Shown piece after piece: positions 32,378-42,306 of a stretch of 64,000 nucleotides of DNA; position 1 is the first letter of the stretch; each line of letters starts with the position of its first letter. The stretch is taken from contig JBGANF010000002.1 in the NCBI GenBank assembly GCA_044222475.1, positions 96,001 to 160,000 on the forward strand. Reading direction: 5' to 3'. Source of the DNA: Polyangiaceae bacterium. Lineage in GTDB: Bacteria; Myxococcota_A; Polyangia; Polyangiales; Polyangiaceae. Position numbers and translations under genes: made by a program. The notes below the pieces were generated by a model. The model saw only the letters and a program-made list of their open reading frames with translations. It was not told the DNA's origin and ran no database searches.

Positions 32378-32497
32378 GCGCCGCGGCGGGCCCAAGGTGG
32401 GCCTCCAGGAAACGTTAGCCGGCGATCGCTGCGGGAGCCCCGTACCGGTCTGGGACACCGGACCAAGCGCGTCCCTTGTGCTAAGGACCCCACGCCC

Positions 32498-33511
32498 ATG
32501 AACCGGGACGAGCTCCACGCGCTCTACGCGACGAAGCCGGCGCTCCTCGCACCGCTCGAGGACGTGTCGGACGAGGTCTTTCGTCGCCTCTGCCGCGAGC
32601 TCGGCGCGCACCTCTGCTTCACCGAGTTCGTCAACGTCGAGGGCCTCCTCCGCGGGTGCCGCAACGCGAAGCGCAAGATGAAGCTCGGCGAGGGCGACGC
32701 CCCGACGGCGATCCAAATCTACGGCGCCGACCCCGCGCGCCTCGCCGAAGCGGCCGAGGTCGCCGCCGAGAGCGGCGCGGCGTTCATCGACATCAACTGC
32801 GGCTGCTGGGTGCCGAAGATCGCCGGCCGCGGGGCAGGGGCGGGCTGGCTGCGCGACCCGGCGGCGATGGTCGCGATGGCGAAGATGGTCGTGTCGCACG
32901 TGTCGCTCCCGGTCACGGTGAAGACGCGCATCGGCTACGGACCCGAGTCCGACATGCCGATCGTGGATCTGGCGCGCCGCCTCGAAGACGCCGGCGTCGC
33001 CGCGATCACGATCCACTGCCGCACCGCCCAGATGGGCCACTCGGGCGCCGCGGACTGGACCTGGGCGCGCAAGGCCCGCGAGGTCGTCTCGATCCCGGTC
33101 ATCGTCAACGGCGACGTCGCCTCCGGGGAGGACGCCGCGCGCGCCCTCGCCGAGACGGGGTGCGCCGGGGTCATGATCGGCCGCCGCGCCATCGAGCACC
33201 CGTGGGTGTTCAGGGAGATTCGCACCCGCCTCGACACCGGCCACGACGCCCCCGGCCCCACGGCCCAGGAGCGCATCGATCTCTGCAAGAAGCACCTGAT
33301 CGCCAACACCGCCCAGCGGGGGGAGCCCTACGGGGTTCGCGTCACCCGGCGGCACCTCTCGGGGTACCTCCGGGGCCTGCGCGGGGCGGCCCTGCTCCGC
33401 CGCACGCTCCTCGCCGAGGACTCGCTCGAGGCCTGTTTGAGGCTCTTGGACGCCACCGAGCCGGTCTACGCAGGGAGAAACGTGCTTGACGGAGGCGAGC
33501 TCTCCCTTTAG
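32498..33511 (+). CDS. tRNA-dihydrouridine synthase (DusB-like)
   Basis: [47 protein letters not shown]. Confidence 0.92.
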   Translation: MNRDELHALYATKPALLAPLEDVSDEVFRRLCRELGAHLCFTEFVNVEGLLRGCRNAKRKMKLGEGDAPTAIQIYGADPARLAEAAEVAAESGAAFIDINCGCWVPKIAGRGAGAGWLRDPAAMVAMAKMVVSHVSLPVTVKTRIGYGPESDMPIVDLARRLEDAGVAAITIHCRTAQMGHSGAADWTWARKAREVVSIPVIVNGDVASGEDAARALAETGCAGVMIGRRAIEHPWVFREIRTRLDTGHDAPGPTAQERIDLCKKHLIANTAQRGEPYGVRVTRRHLSGYLRGLRGAALLRRTLLAEDSLEACLRLLDATEPVYAGRNVLDGGELSL

Positions 33512-33514
33512 AAC
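33486..33514 (+). promoter_or_regulatory. Putative sigma70-type promoter for the rpsP operon
   Basis: TTGACG-N17-TAGAAC, 40 nt upstream of the rpsP ATG. Confidence 0.55.
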
Positions 33515-33554
33515 CCCTCACCCGCGTTTCCTACCCAAGGACCTCGTCAAGATC

Positions 33555-33809
33555 ATGGCCGTTACCATTCGTCTCGCTCGTGCCGGCGCCAAGAAGCGCC
33601 CCTTCTATCGCCTCGTCGTCGCCGATCAGCGCGCTCCGCGCGGTGGCCGCTACCTCGAGAACATCGGCACGTTCGATCCGGCCAAAGACGGAACGTTCAA
33701 CGTGAACCTCGAGCGCCTCGCTTACTGGAAGAGCAAGGGCGCGCTCCCGTCGGCCACGGTCGCGGGGCTCCTCAAGAAGCAGGCGAAGGCCGCTTCCGCC
33801 AAGGCCTGA
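33555..33809 (+). CDS. rpsP: 30S ribosomal protein S16
   Basis: [24 protein letters not shown]. Confidence 0.98.
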   Translation: MAVTIRLARAGAKKRPFYRLVVADQRAPRGGRYLENIGTFDPAKDGTFNVNLERLAYWKSKGALPSATVAGLLKKQAKAASAKA

Positions 33810-33822
33810 GGCCGCGTTTCAC

Positions 33823-34065
33823 ATGGCCCTGACCGATCTCATTCGTACGATCGCCGTCGAGCTCGTCGACGAGCCCGATCGCGTGGAAGTTCGCGAGGTC
33901 CCGAGCGACAACGGTCAAGGGACCGTGATCGAGCTCCGCGTCGCCAAAGAAGACATCGGGAAGGTCATCGGCAAAGAAGGCCGGACCGCCCAGTCGATGC
34001 GCGCCATCCTGAGCGCCGCGTCGACCAAGCTCGGCAAGCGCGCGCACCTCGACATCATCGACTGA
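33823..34065 (+). CDS. khpA: KH-domain RNA-binding protein
   Basis: EDIGKVIGKEGRTA; canonical position after rpsP. Confidence 0.93.
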   Translation: MALTDLIRTIAVELVDEPDRVEVREVPSDNGQGTVIELRVAKEDIGKVIGKEGRTAQSMRAILSAASTKLGKRAHLDIID

Positions 34066-34074
34066 GGGCGCGCG

Positions 34075-34611
34075 ATGCCCGCGATCGCGCCGGATGACTG
34101 GGTCGCGCTCGCCGCGGTGGCGAGGCCCCACGGCGTACGCGGCGAGGTGCGCCTGCGCCTCTACAACGAAGACAGCGACGTCCTGCTCGATCGGGACGAG
34201 GTCCTCGTTCGCCTTGCCGACGGCAAGGAGCACGAGGTCTCGATCGACTTCGCGCGCCGGGCCGACAAGGCGATCCTCATCAAGCTCCACTCCGTGGACG
34301 ACCGCAACCGCGCCGAGGAGCTGCGCGGCGCCGAGATCTGCGTGCGCCGCCGCGACTTCCCACCGCTCGAGCCGGGGGAGTTCTACGCGTGCGACGTCGA
34401 AGGCGCGGAGGTTCGCCTCGGCGCCGTCGACGGCGACAAGCTCGGGACGGTGAAGGAGTTCCTCCGGTATCCGTCGGTCGACGCGTTCCTCGTCGAGGGC
34501 GCGCGCGGGCGCTTCGAGGTGCCGGTCTCGGAGAACTGGATCAAGGAGCTCGCGCCCGGGGTCGTCGTCCTCGCGACGCTCGACGGACTGGACGTGGGCG
34601 ATGCGGGTTGA
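34075..34611 (+). CDS. rimM: Ribosome maturation factor RimM
   Basis: [18 protein letters not shown]; synteny. Confidence 0.95.
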   Translation: MPAIAPDDWVALAAVARPHGVRGEVRLRLYNEDSDVLLDRDEVLVRLADGKEHEVSIDFARRADKAILIKLHSVDDRNRAEELRGAEICVRRRDFPPLEPGEFYACDVEGAEVRLGAVDGDKLGTVKEFLRYPSVDAFLVEGARGRFEVPVSENWIKELAPGVVVLATLDGLDVGDAG

Positions 34612-35302
34612 CGTCGTCACGTTGTTTCCCGAGCTCTTTCAGGGGTTCCTCGCGACGAGCTTCGTGGGGCGCGCGATCGAGAGCGGTACCCTTTTGGTAC
34701 GAATGCGCTCGCCCCGCGATTTCGGGCTCGGCAAGCACAAGTCGGTCGACGACACGCCGTATGGCGGCGGCTCCGGGATGGTCATGCGGGTCGACGTCCT
34801 CGTGCCGTGCATGGAGTCGCTCGACGCCGACGCACCGGACGGAGTGCGCGCGCACCGCGTCCTCTTGACGCCGCAGGGGGCACCGTTGACTCAAGCGAAG
34901 GCGGCGGAGCTGGCCGAGCGGCCTGCGATCGCGCTCGTGTGCGGGCGCTACGAAGGGTTCGACGAGCGCGTGCGCGCTCACGTCGACGAAGAGATCTCGC
35001 TCGGCGACTTCGTGATGACCGGCGGCGAGGTCTGCGCGATGGCGATCATCGAGGCGACCGTGCGGCTTCTGCCCGGCGTGCTCGGCAACGAAGCGTCGAC
35101 CCACGAGGAGTCGCATAGCCCGGCGAACGAAGGGCTGCTCGAGTACCCGCAGTACACGCGGCCGGCGGAGTTTCGCGGCGCGGCCGTGCCCGAGGTGCTC
35201 ACGTCGGGCAACCACGCGGTGATCGAGAAATGGCGTCGCGAGCAGGCCAAGGCGCGGACGGCCGCGCGTCGGCCGGATCTCCTCGCGCGGCGGGGCTCGT
35301 GA
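34601..35302 (+). CDS. trmD: tRNA (guanine37-N1)-methyltransferase
   Basis: [43 protein letters not shown]. Confidence 0.98.
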   Translation: MRVDVVTLFPELFQGFLATSFVGRAIESGTLLVRMRSPRDFGLGKHKSVDDTPYGGGSGMVMRVDVLVPCMESLDADAPDGVRAHRVLLTPQGAPLTQAKAAELAERPAIALVCGRYEGFDERVRAHVDEEISLGDFVMTGGEVCAMAIIEATVRLLPGVLGNEASTHEESHSPANEGLLEYPQYTRPAEFRGAAVPEVLTSGNHAVIEKWRREQAKARTAARRPDLLARRGS

Positions 35303-35868
35303 GGGATCTCTCGGTCGCGCTCGTGCATCACCCGGTGCTCGACGGCGCGGGCGCGATCGTCACGTCGGCGATCACCAACTTGGACATCCACGATCTGGCG
35401 CGCAGCGCGCGGACCTACGGCTGCGCGCGGTACGTGCTCGTGCACCCGGTGGCGGCGCAGCGCGAGCTCGCGGCGCGGATCAAGGAGCACTGGACCACCG
35501 GTTCGAGCAGCAAGCGGATCCCGGCACGGAAAGAGGCGCTCGCGCTCGTCGACTCGGTCGCGTCGCTCGAGGAGCTATGGACGTCGTTCGGCGGGCGCGA
35601 CGCGGTCGAGGTGTGGGTGACCGCGGCGAAGGGCGCCGGCGACATGCTGCGGTTCGGCGACGCGCGCACGAGGCTCGAAGGCGAGGGGAAGCCGGTCGTG
35701 ATCCTCTTCGGCACGGCGTGGGGCATGCCCCGCGACGTGTTGGATGCGGCCGACGCACGCCTCGAGCCGATCGCCGCGATCACCGTCGATGCACGCGGTG
35801 CGTACAATCATCTGAGCGTGCGATCGGCGTGCGCGATCACGCTCGATCGGTTGCGCGGCGGGCGCTGA
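35299..35868 (+). CDS. SPOUT RNA methyltransferase (TrmD-associated type)
   Basis: [33 protein letters not shown]. Confidence 0.9.
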   Translation: MRDLSVALVHHPVLDGAGAIVTSAITNLDIHDLARSARTYGCARYVLVHPVAAQRELAARIKEHWTTGSSSKRIPARKEALALVDSVASLEELWTSFGGRDAVEVWVTAAKGAGDMLRFGDARTRLEGEGKPVVILFGTAWGMPRDVLDAADARLEPIAAITVDARGAYNHLSVRSACAITLDRLRGGR

Positions 35869-35894
35869 CCGGACCGAAGTGGTATCCTTCATCG

Positions 35895-36683
35895 ATGGCA
35901 TCGACTCCGAACGAAGACAAAGTGCTCCTCACTCTGATGAAGGGGCGGCCACCGAAGGTGGATCTTCGCAAGCCGAAAGCCAAAGACCTCGAGAACCTGC
36001 TCGACGTGTTCGGCGAAGGCGGTTGGCCCAAGGTGACCGGCGTCGCGAAGTCGTTCGGCCACTCGCTCCGGGCGCTCGCGGCCGACAAGGCGGGGGGGCT
36101 CTACGTGGAGTGGACCGCGAACGGGCGTGAGCATCCGGTCGTGTACTTCGGGACCGAGGGCAACGTCGAGGTCGCGGCGGGAAGCTTCCGAGAGTTCCTC
36201 GGGCTCCTGGCCGGCCGAGACGACGACGGGACGACGTTGAAGGACGCGATGAAGCAGGCTCGCCGCGCGCTCGTGCAGCTCGACTGGGAGAAGGCCGCGG
36301 AGCCCGAGGCGAGCGCGGAGCCGCCGGCGCCGGTCGATCCCGAGATCGCGGCCCTGCTCGCCGCGAACGACATCCCGGTGGTGGCGAACGTGAAGCAGGC
36401 GGTGACGTCGGCGAACGCGAAGTACCTGTGGCCGCTGATGGACAAGCTCGACACGATCGTGACGGGCTACAAGTCGTCGCGGATGTGGCACGACGCGTTC
36501 AAGGACGACCCGAAGGAGCTCCGTGCGTACTCGCCGAAGGAGACGTACACGGTCGGGGAGCTCGTCACCTACGAGACGAAGGGCGCGAGCAGCGGAAAGG
36601 CGCTCGTGTTGGCGAACCCGCTGCCGAATCGGGTGCTGCTCTGCTCGCGAGGGGCGACGTTCGTGAGGGCGTGCGGGGCGTAG
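35895..36683 (+). CDS. Hypothetical protein: SUKH/SMI1-like domain plus C-terminal small beta (Tudor-like) domain
   Basis: ADKAGGLYVEW...PVVYFGTEG...AAGSFREFL; C-terminal YSPKETYTVGELV. Confidence 0.7.
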   Translation: MASTPNEDKVLLTLMKGRPPKVDLRKPKAKDLENLLDVFGEGGWPKVTGVAKSFGHSLRALAADKAGGLYVEWTANGREHPVVYFGTEGNVEVAAGSFREFLGLLAGRDDDGTTLKDAMKQARRALVQLDWEKAAEPEASAEPPAPVDPEIAALLAANDIPVVANVKQAVTSANAKYLWPLMDKLDTIVTGYKSSRMWHDAFKDDPKELRAYSPKETYTVGELVTYETKGASSGKALVLANPLPNRVLLCSRGATFVRACGA

Positions 36684-36687
36684 CGCG

Positions 36688-36955
36688 TCACCCCGGTTGC
36701 TCGTCGAGTCGGATGAGGCCGCGGCGCCTCCAACCCGATCTCGCGAGCCACGTCTCGCCTGAAGCCGTCGGCCGTCGATCGACGTCGGGCGCGACCTCGG
36801 CGAAGCCATCGAACCAGCGCGCAGACGAGAATCGATCGGGCCCGGCCAATCGAACGCCGTGCTTCTTGGCGTTCATCAGCACGCTTGCGGCCGGCTCCCG
36901 CGCGAGCGCCGCCCCACGTGCGCGGTGCCAGCGGGAGTAGGAGCTGGGTGGCCAT
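36688..36955 (-). pseudogene. Internally deleted Y1 (IS200/RAYT-like) transposase remnant
   Basis: N-terminal MATQLLL..RTWGGARAGAGRK joined out of frame at about 36883 to C-terminal VLMNAKKH...DRFSSARWFDG...TWLARSGWRRRGLI. The HUH core is missing. Family assignment is from recalled motifs. Confidence 0.6.
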
Positions 36956-37013
36956 CTTGAATAGGGGCAACTTGAGTCGTCAGCACCTCGGGTCAATCCG
37001 GTCCAGGTGAAGA

Positions 37014-37685
37014 TCACCATTCTCGCTCCACCCGCTCCCATGTGTCCGGTCGCGCCTTCAGGAAATCGAGGAGCCGCTCGTCCTTCGCGCCGATCCATCC
37101 TCCGCCGTCCGTGAAGACGATTGCGATCACGTCCGCGCCGGCAAAGATGCGTGCGGGTCCACCGGGCGCGACCTTGAGACCGGGTACCTTCGCTTCGACG
37201 AAGTGCTTCGCGAGCCAGTCACCTTCCGCCGAGGCGTCGCCGTCGGACCAGGCGGACCAGGGCGCGCCAAGGACGATCTCGACCGCCAGCATGTGGAGCA
37301 ACGCGATCGACAGGGGTACCTCCTGGCACATCCACGTGTTCGCCGGAAAGCTACACGACCATACCGACGGATCCTCGCCGTGGACGGGAGTGGCGAGCTC
37401 GAAGCAACCCTGGTTCTCGACGAGAAAGACGAGCATGCCGTTCTCGCGAACGTCCAGCGGTCGTCCTCGTTGATGGTTCTGAGAGAAGATCCTCTTGCCG
37501 CCGACCGTGGTCAGCCACCAGCGGAGCGCTCGTGGCATCACCTCGCTGCCCAGGTCGCGCGCTGCGTACCCGTCACCGGGCTCGATCGGGCCGTACCAGT
37601 GCTCCACGAGCATGCGCAGGAGCTCGAGGCGTTCGTCGAGCGACGCGCTCGGGAGCGCGCGGAAGGCGTCTTCGATGGAGGACAT
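37014..37685 (-). CDS. SMI1/KNR4-like hypothetical protein
   Basis: MPRALRWW, LVFLVENQGCFE...EDPSVW. Confidence 0.65.
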   Translation of the reverse strand: MSSIEDAFRALPSASLDERLELLRMLVEHWYGPIEPGDGYAARDLGSEVMPRALRWWLTTVGGKRIFSQNHQRGRPLDVRENGMLVFLVENQGCFELATPVHGEDPSVWSCSFPANTWMCQEVPLSIALLHMLAVEIVLGAPWSAWSDGDASAEGDWLAKHFVEAKVPGLKVAPGGPARIFAGADVIAIVFTDGGGWIGAKDERLLDFLKARPDTWERVEREW

Positions 37686-37706
37686 TCGGGCGACCCGTTC
37701 CGAAGG

Positions 37707-38525
37707 CTATCTCGACGTCGCGCTCGATTCTCCTCCGACGCGCTCGAGCAGGTCGACCTCTCGCTTCACCGCGCGCAGGTCGATCCCGAGGCGCCATCGC
37801 ATCCACATGTGCTCGTCGACCTCGCGGTATCCCATCGACCGCAGCTGGGGGTCGAGCCTCGCGAGCGGACCTTCCCCGGTCGCTCTCCGCGGAGGCATCG
37901 CATGCACCAACGTGCTGACCCCAGGCCGGCCGACCGCGCTGTCGAGGATCGTCGAAAGCCGCACGGCGACGGTCCACCCGGCCACGCGTCGTTCGAACGC
38001 GTGGCCGATCGAGCTCACGTGCCACGGGCCCGATCGGCACGCATCGAGTACCGCCCAGGTGGCGTCGCGCCGCCCCACCGGCCGCGCGGCGCGTGAGGCG
38101 ACGCGTCCTTCCACCGCAGCAGTGACCGCGTCGAGCTCGCGGAGGACGCGCGGCGCACGGACGAGATCGCGTGCGGGACGCACCCACCGTACCCACCCCG
38201 GTGGGTCGCGAGTCTCGAGCACGTAACCCGCCCCGAGCCGTCGGCCGACGTCCCGACACCACGTGGACGAAAGCAACTCGGCACGGATCGAGCGCCTCGA
38301 CCTCGCGGCGTGAACGGTGACGCTGAGGAACCACGAGCGACCGTCGAACACCATCGCATGGGCCTCGACCTCGTACCGCTTCGAGCCGAGCCTCAATTTC
38401 CACGTGCGACGCAGACTCGGAGAGTGGAGTTGCCACCCCGGTCGTGACCGCAAGTGATCGGCGGCTGCACGCGCCGCACGCTCCGCTGCGCTCTTAGCTC
38501 GGGAAGCCGGGCTCGTGGGTTTCAT
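37707..38525 (-). CDS. Hypothetical protein (basic)
   Basis: Open frame filling the gap between neighbours; weak internal duplication (LGAGYV / LRSMGYR); no family recognised. Confidence 0.45.
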   Translation of the reverse strand: MKPTSPASRAKSAAERAARAAADHLRSRPGWQLHSPSLRRTWKLRLGSKRYEVEAHAMVFDGRSWFLSVTVHAARSRRSIRAELLSSTWCRDVGRRLGAGYVLETRDPPGWVRWVRPARDLVRAPRVLRELDAVTAAVEGRVASRAARPVGRRDATWAVLDACRSGPWHVSSIGHAFERRVAGWTVAVRLSTILDSAVGRPGVSTLVHAMPPRRATGEGPLARLDPQLRSMGYREVDEHMWMRWRLGIDLRAVKREVDLLERVGGESSATSR

Positions 38526-38560
38526 GGGCTCGATCGTACGCGGTAGGATGCCCCCTTCGC

Positions 38561-39325
38561 ATGCCGAAGCGAGCGTTCCTTCACCTTGCGCCGTCCGAGT
38601 ACGCCGCCAAATCGGTGCGCAACGCACTGGCCTCGGTGGGGCGCGACGACGAGGTCATCGGATGGCGCGACTCGTACTCGGATGGTCCCCTCGCGAATGC
38701 CGACGGCGACGCAACGCTGCGCGCGGGCTGGTGGAGTCGGCTGCGCGGCGAGTCGGTCGCCGCAGCCGACCTTCGTGACGCCGATCTCTGGGACCGCGTT
38801 CGGGCGTCGCCTGCAGCCGTGGTGCTGTGGCATGGCCCTCACGCCGCCGAAGCCATCTTCGCGAAGCGAGCGTGCTTCCACCTGCCCGATCGCGAGCCAT
38901 ACGAGGCGACGACTCCGGGGCGCACAGGCCGGCTTCCCGCGTTCTACGGCGCGGTCGCCATCTCGAGCGAAGAGGATCTCGTCGAAGCATGGCGAAAGCG
39001 TGCGCGGGTGTCGGACGCTGCTGCGCGCGCGGCGGAGTGGCTTCGACTGCGCGCCGATGGCGGCGAGTGGTTGCGGGACCTCGACGGTGAGACCATCGTT
39101 CACCTACCCCTCACCGCACACGACGACGAGCTCGTCCGGACGTGTCGCGGCGACTGGCGCGGATCGATCCTCGTCGTCGGGACGGTGCTCACGGTTCGAC
39201 CGAGGAGCGACGCCTTCTTGTTCTGGAGAGTGCGCGAGTTGCTCGCCGCCGGCGTCCTCGAAGGACGCGGCGCCCCGAACCGCGTTGGACTCCCGGACGA
39301 AGTTCGCCCCGCGAGTCCGCGTTGA
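38561..39325 (+). CDS. DUF1835/DUF3658-like protein
   Basis: HL...AAKSVR.AL, DSYSDGPL, VVLWHG, AEWLRL, SDAFLFWRVRELLAAGVLE. Confidence 0.75.
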   Translation: MPKRAFLHLAPSEYAAKSVRNALASVGRDDEVIGWRDSYSDGPLANADGDATLRAGWWSRLRGESVAAADLRDADLWDRVRASPAAVVLWHGPHAAEAIFAKRACFHLPDREPYEATTPGRTGRLPAFYGAVAISSEEDLVEAWRKRARVSDAAARAAEWLRLRADGGEWLRDLDGETIVHLPLTAHDDELVRTCRGDWRGSILVVGTVLTVRPRSDAFLFWRVRELLAAGVLEGRGAPNRVGLPDEVRPASPR

Positions 39326-39328
39326 CGC

Positions 39329-39973
39329 TCACCCCACGATCGCCGGCTCCACCACCAGCCCGCCCGGCTTCCCCGCACACGACTCCACCAGGACGATCCG
39401 CGCCGGCCTCGTCGGCTTCCCGTGCACCATCTGCACGCGCTTCGCGACGAGCCCTCGCTTCTCGAGGATCGACAGCGCTCGCACGAGCTCCGGCGCCGGG
39501 TACACGAAGAAGAACCGACCCCGCGGTCCCAACATGGTACGCGCGACGCCGACGAAGTGCTCCAGCGACCCGACTCGCGCCTCGGGCGCCACCGCGCGCG
39601 GTCGCGCCCGCCCCGGCTCGAAGTAGGGCGGGTTGCACACGACGACGTCGGCGCACGCCTTGAGCGTCGCCGCCGCTCCGGCGACGTCGCTGCGGACGAC
39701 CTCGGCGGTCACGCCGTTGGCGACCGCGTTCGCCTCCGCGAGCGCCGCCGCGGCCGCGTTCGCCTCCACGAGCACCACCCGACGCGGCAGCCGCGGCGCG
39801 AGCAGCGCCGCCGCGAGCCCCACCGCGCCGGTCCCCGCGCCGAGATCGACCAACGTGCCTCGAATGCGCCCGGCCGCGAACCGCGCGAGGTGAATCGCGT
39901 CGACGTTGACGCGATAGCCCGCGCCGGGCGGCGGCTGGCGAAGAACCAGCCGCCCGTCGAGGAGTCGCGTCAC
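39329..39973 (-). CDS. tRNA1(Val) A37 N6-methyltransferase-like SAM methyltransferase
   Basis: GYRVNVDAIHLA, DLGAGTG, CNPPYF. Confidence 0.85.
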   Translation of the reverse strand: MTRLLDGRLVLRQPPPGAGYRVNVDAIHLARFAAGRIRGTLVDLGAGTGAVGLAAALLAPRLPRRVVLVEANAAAAALAEANAVANGVTAEVVRSDVAGAAATLKACADVVVCNPPYFEPGRARPRAVAPEARVGSLEHFVGVARTMLGPRGRFFFVYPAPELVRALSILEKRGLVAKRVQMVHGKPTRPARIVLVESCAGKPGGLVVEPAIVG

Positions 39974-41091
39974 TTCTGCCAGGGGCGGCGGCCGCGGAAC
40001 GACAGGGCCGTCACCGCGCCAGGGAACACCTGTACCACGATGGTACCGAGGAGCACCTTGGTGCTGCCCACCTTGCCGGCGGCGCTGATGCGGATCGGGG
40101 TACCGGTCGGGTAGTTCAGCGCGCCGAAGAGCCCGAGCTTGCTCGTGCCGAGGCCGGCTTGCGTTCGGGTCTTGTCGGGGAGCGGATCCGACTCGTTGTC
40201 GCCGAAGTAGAACATGTCGCCTTCGGGGCGGTAGTCGGTGTTGACGGTCGCGCCGCCGAGGCGCACGTCGCCGCAGTCGTGCACTTCACCGGCGATGACG
40301 CCGCGGTCGGCCTTGATGGTGAAGCCGCCGGCGGCCGACGCGATCGTGTTCACGTCGGTCGACGCGACGGCGCTCGGCTCGTAGTAGATCTCGCCGTTCG
40401 TGACCTGATCGTTGCCGTAGTAGATGTTGTAGTCGTACAGCTCGGCCCACTTCTGCGAGCCCTTCGCGTCGCTCGTCTTGATGATGAGCGGCGTCTCCGT
40501 CGGGACGCCCGCGTACGTGTACGCGCGGAGCGTGCAGCCGTCGGTCGGGCATTTCTTCGACCAGGTCGGCTTCGGGTCGAGGAAGAGGCTCGCGTCGGTC
40601 GTCTCGACCGGGGTGCCGATCGCCTTGCCGAGCGCACCGTTCGGCCCAGCCTCGAAGATCTCGATCTTCACGCCGGAGGAATCGTCGCCGGTGGAGAAGA
40701 GCTTCACGAAGCCCTTCACGGTCACCGTCTGCGGGGTCCCTTGCGGCTTCGGCGTGTCGAGGCACCCGAGGTCCGGCGTGGTCTGCCCGTTGGGCGCCGA
40801 GTTGTAGTTCAGGCCGGTCGCGCGGAAGAGGTCGACCGTGGGGTTCTGGACCTGGACGCAGCACGCCGTGATCGGCTTGGTCTCGGTGCAGGTCAGCGGG
40901 GGGTTCAGGTTCGGGACGGTGCAGCTCGTGCAGTCGGCGAACTCGTCCTTCTGGAGCGACGGGCTCGTCTTCTCGCTGGCGCAGGTCACCGTGCCCCCGT
41001 CACCCGTCACCGGGATGGGGTTCTTGTTCGAGCAGCCGAGGCCGGCCGTGAGCGCGAGGGAAGCAAGGAGGATGAGGCGAGACGTGGACAT
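39970..41091 (-). CDS. Cys-rich lipoprotein, hypothetical
   Basis: GLG-C lipobox; beta-rich body (IAGEVHDCGDVRLGGATV). Confidence 0.8.
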   Translation of the reverse strand: MSTSRLILLASLALTAGLGCSNKNPIPVTGDGGTVTCASEKTSPSLQKDEFADCTSCTVPNLNPPLTCTETKPITACCVQVQNPTVDLFRATGLNYNSAPNGQTTPDLGCLDTPKPQGTPQTVTVKGFVKLFSTGDDSSGVKIEIFEAGPNGALGKAIGTPVETTDASLFLDPKPTWSKKCPTDGCTLRAYTYAGVPTETPLIIKTSDAKGSQKWAELYDYNIYYGNDQVTNGEIYYEPSAVASTDVNTIASAAGGFTIKADRGVIAGEVHDCGDVRLGGATVNTDYRPEGDMFYFGDNESDPLPDKTRTQAGLGTSKLGLFGALNYPTGTPIRISAAGKVGSTKVLLGTIVVQVFPGAVTALSFRGRRPWQK

Positions 41092-41168
41092 GAGGACCTC
41101 GAGTCGAAAGAAGGAACCGATGCGGCGCCACGGTTTGTAGCGTAAACCAGAGTGCAATCGTAGCTGAA

Positions 41169-42293
41169 ATGGGCCCCGACGTCTCGACGACAAAGGCACG
41201 GGAATCACGCACCCAGACGGTGTTCGCGCGCGCCCGGGCCCTGGGCTTCGACGCCGTCGGCGTGGCCGACGCGCGCGCGCCGCTCGACCGCGACATGGAT
41301 CGCTACGACGCGTTCCTCGACGCCGGCTACGACGGAGAGATGACCTGGCTGCGCGACCACCGGGAGTTGCGACGACGGGTCGACGTGGACGGCATCCTCG
41401 AGGGGGCGCGAAGCGTGGTGTGCGTCGCGCAGAGGTACCAGCGGAGCGCCGACGACGAAGCGGCCGACCCGGACTTCGCCAAGATGGTCGCCCGGTACGC
41501 CCGCGGGCGCGACTACCACAACGGGCTCCGCAAGAAGCTCCGATCGCTCGCGCGCCTGCTCCGCACGCTCGAAGAGGGCGCGGCGGCGCGGCCCCTCACC
41601 GACGACGCGCCGATCCTCGAGCGCGCATGGGCGGCGCGCGCGGGCCTCGGCTTCGTGGGCAAGAACGGCATGCTCATCGTCCCGGGCGACGGCTCGTTCG
41701 TGCTGCTCGGCGAGGTCGTGACCACCGTCGAGCTCGACGTGGGCGCGCCGATGGCCGAGCGGTGTGGCTCGTGCCGCGCGTGCCTCGATGCGTGTCCGAC
41801 CGGCGCGTTCCCGGCGCCGTTCGTCCTCGATGCGCGTCGGTGCGTCTCGTACCTGACGATCGAGCTCCGCAGCCCCATCGACGACTCGCTGCGACGCGGG
41901 GTAGGGGAGCACCTCTTCGGCTGCGACGACTGCCAGACGGTGTGCCCGTTCAACAAAGGGGCGCGGAGCGCTTTGGGGCGCGGCTTGGGGCGTGAGCGCG
42001 GCGTCGCCGATCGGTACCGGCCGCTCGATCGTTGGGCCACGACCGACCTCGCGGCGCTTCTCACCGCCACCGACGACGCGTTCCGGACGCTCACCGAGGG
42101 CTCTCCGCTGCACCGCGCGACGCGCGAGGGTCTGGCCCGCAACGCCGCGATCGTGTTGGGGAATCGACGGGACTCGGCCTCGCTCGGTGCGCTACGGAGC
42201 GCGCAGGCGAGCCACCCCTCGGCCGTCGTGCGCGAGGCGGCAGCGTGGGCGATCGCTTGCATCACCTCCGCTGCGGCGCCGTCCAACCCGTGA
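41169..42293 (+). CDS. queG: Epoxyqueuosine reductase
   Basis: ARYARGRDYH, GLGFVGKN, CGSCRACLDACPT, RCVSYLTIE, GCDDCQTVCPFN. Confidence 0.95.
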   Translation: MGPDVSTTKARESRTQTVFARARALGFDAVGVADARAPLDRDMDRYDAFLDAGYDGEMTWLRDHRELRRRVDVDGILEGARSVVCVAQRYQRSADDEAADPDFAKMVARYARGRDYHNGLRKKLRSLARLLRTLEEGAAARPLTDDAPILERAWAARAGLGFVGKNGMLIVPGDGSFVLLGEVVTTVELDVGAPMAERCGSCRACLDACPTGAFPAPFVLDARRCVSYLTIELRSPIDDSLRRGVGEHLFGCDDCQTVCPFNKGARSALGRGLGRERGVADRYRPLDRWATTDLAALLTATDDAFRTLTEGSPLHRATREGLARNAAIVLGNRRDSASLGALRSAQASHPSAVVREAAAWAIACITSAAAPSNP

Positions 42294-42306
42294 TAAGAAA
42301 GCGCCC

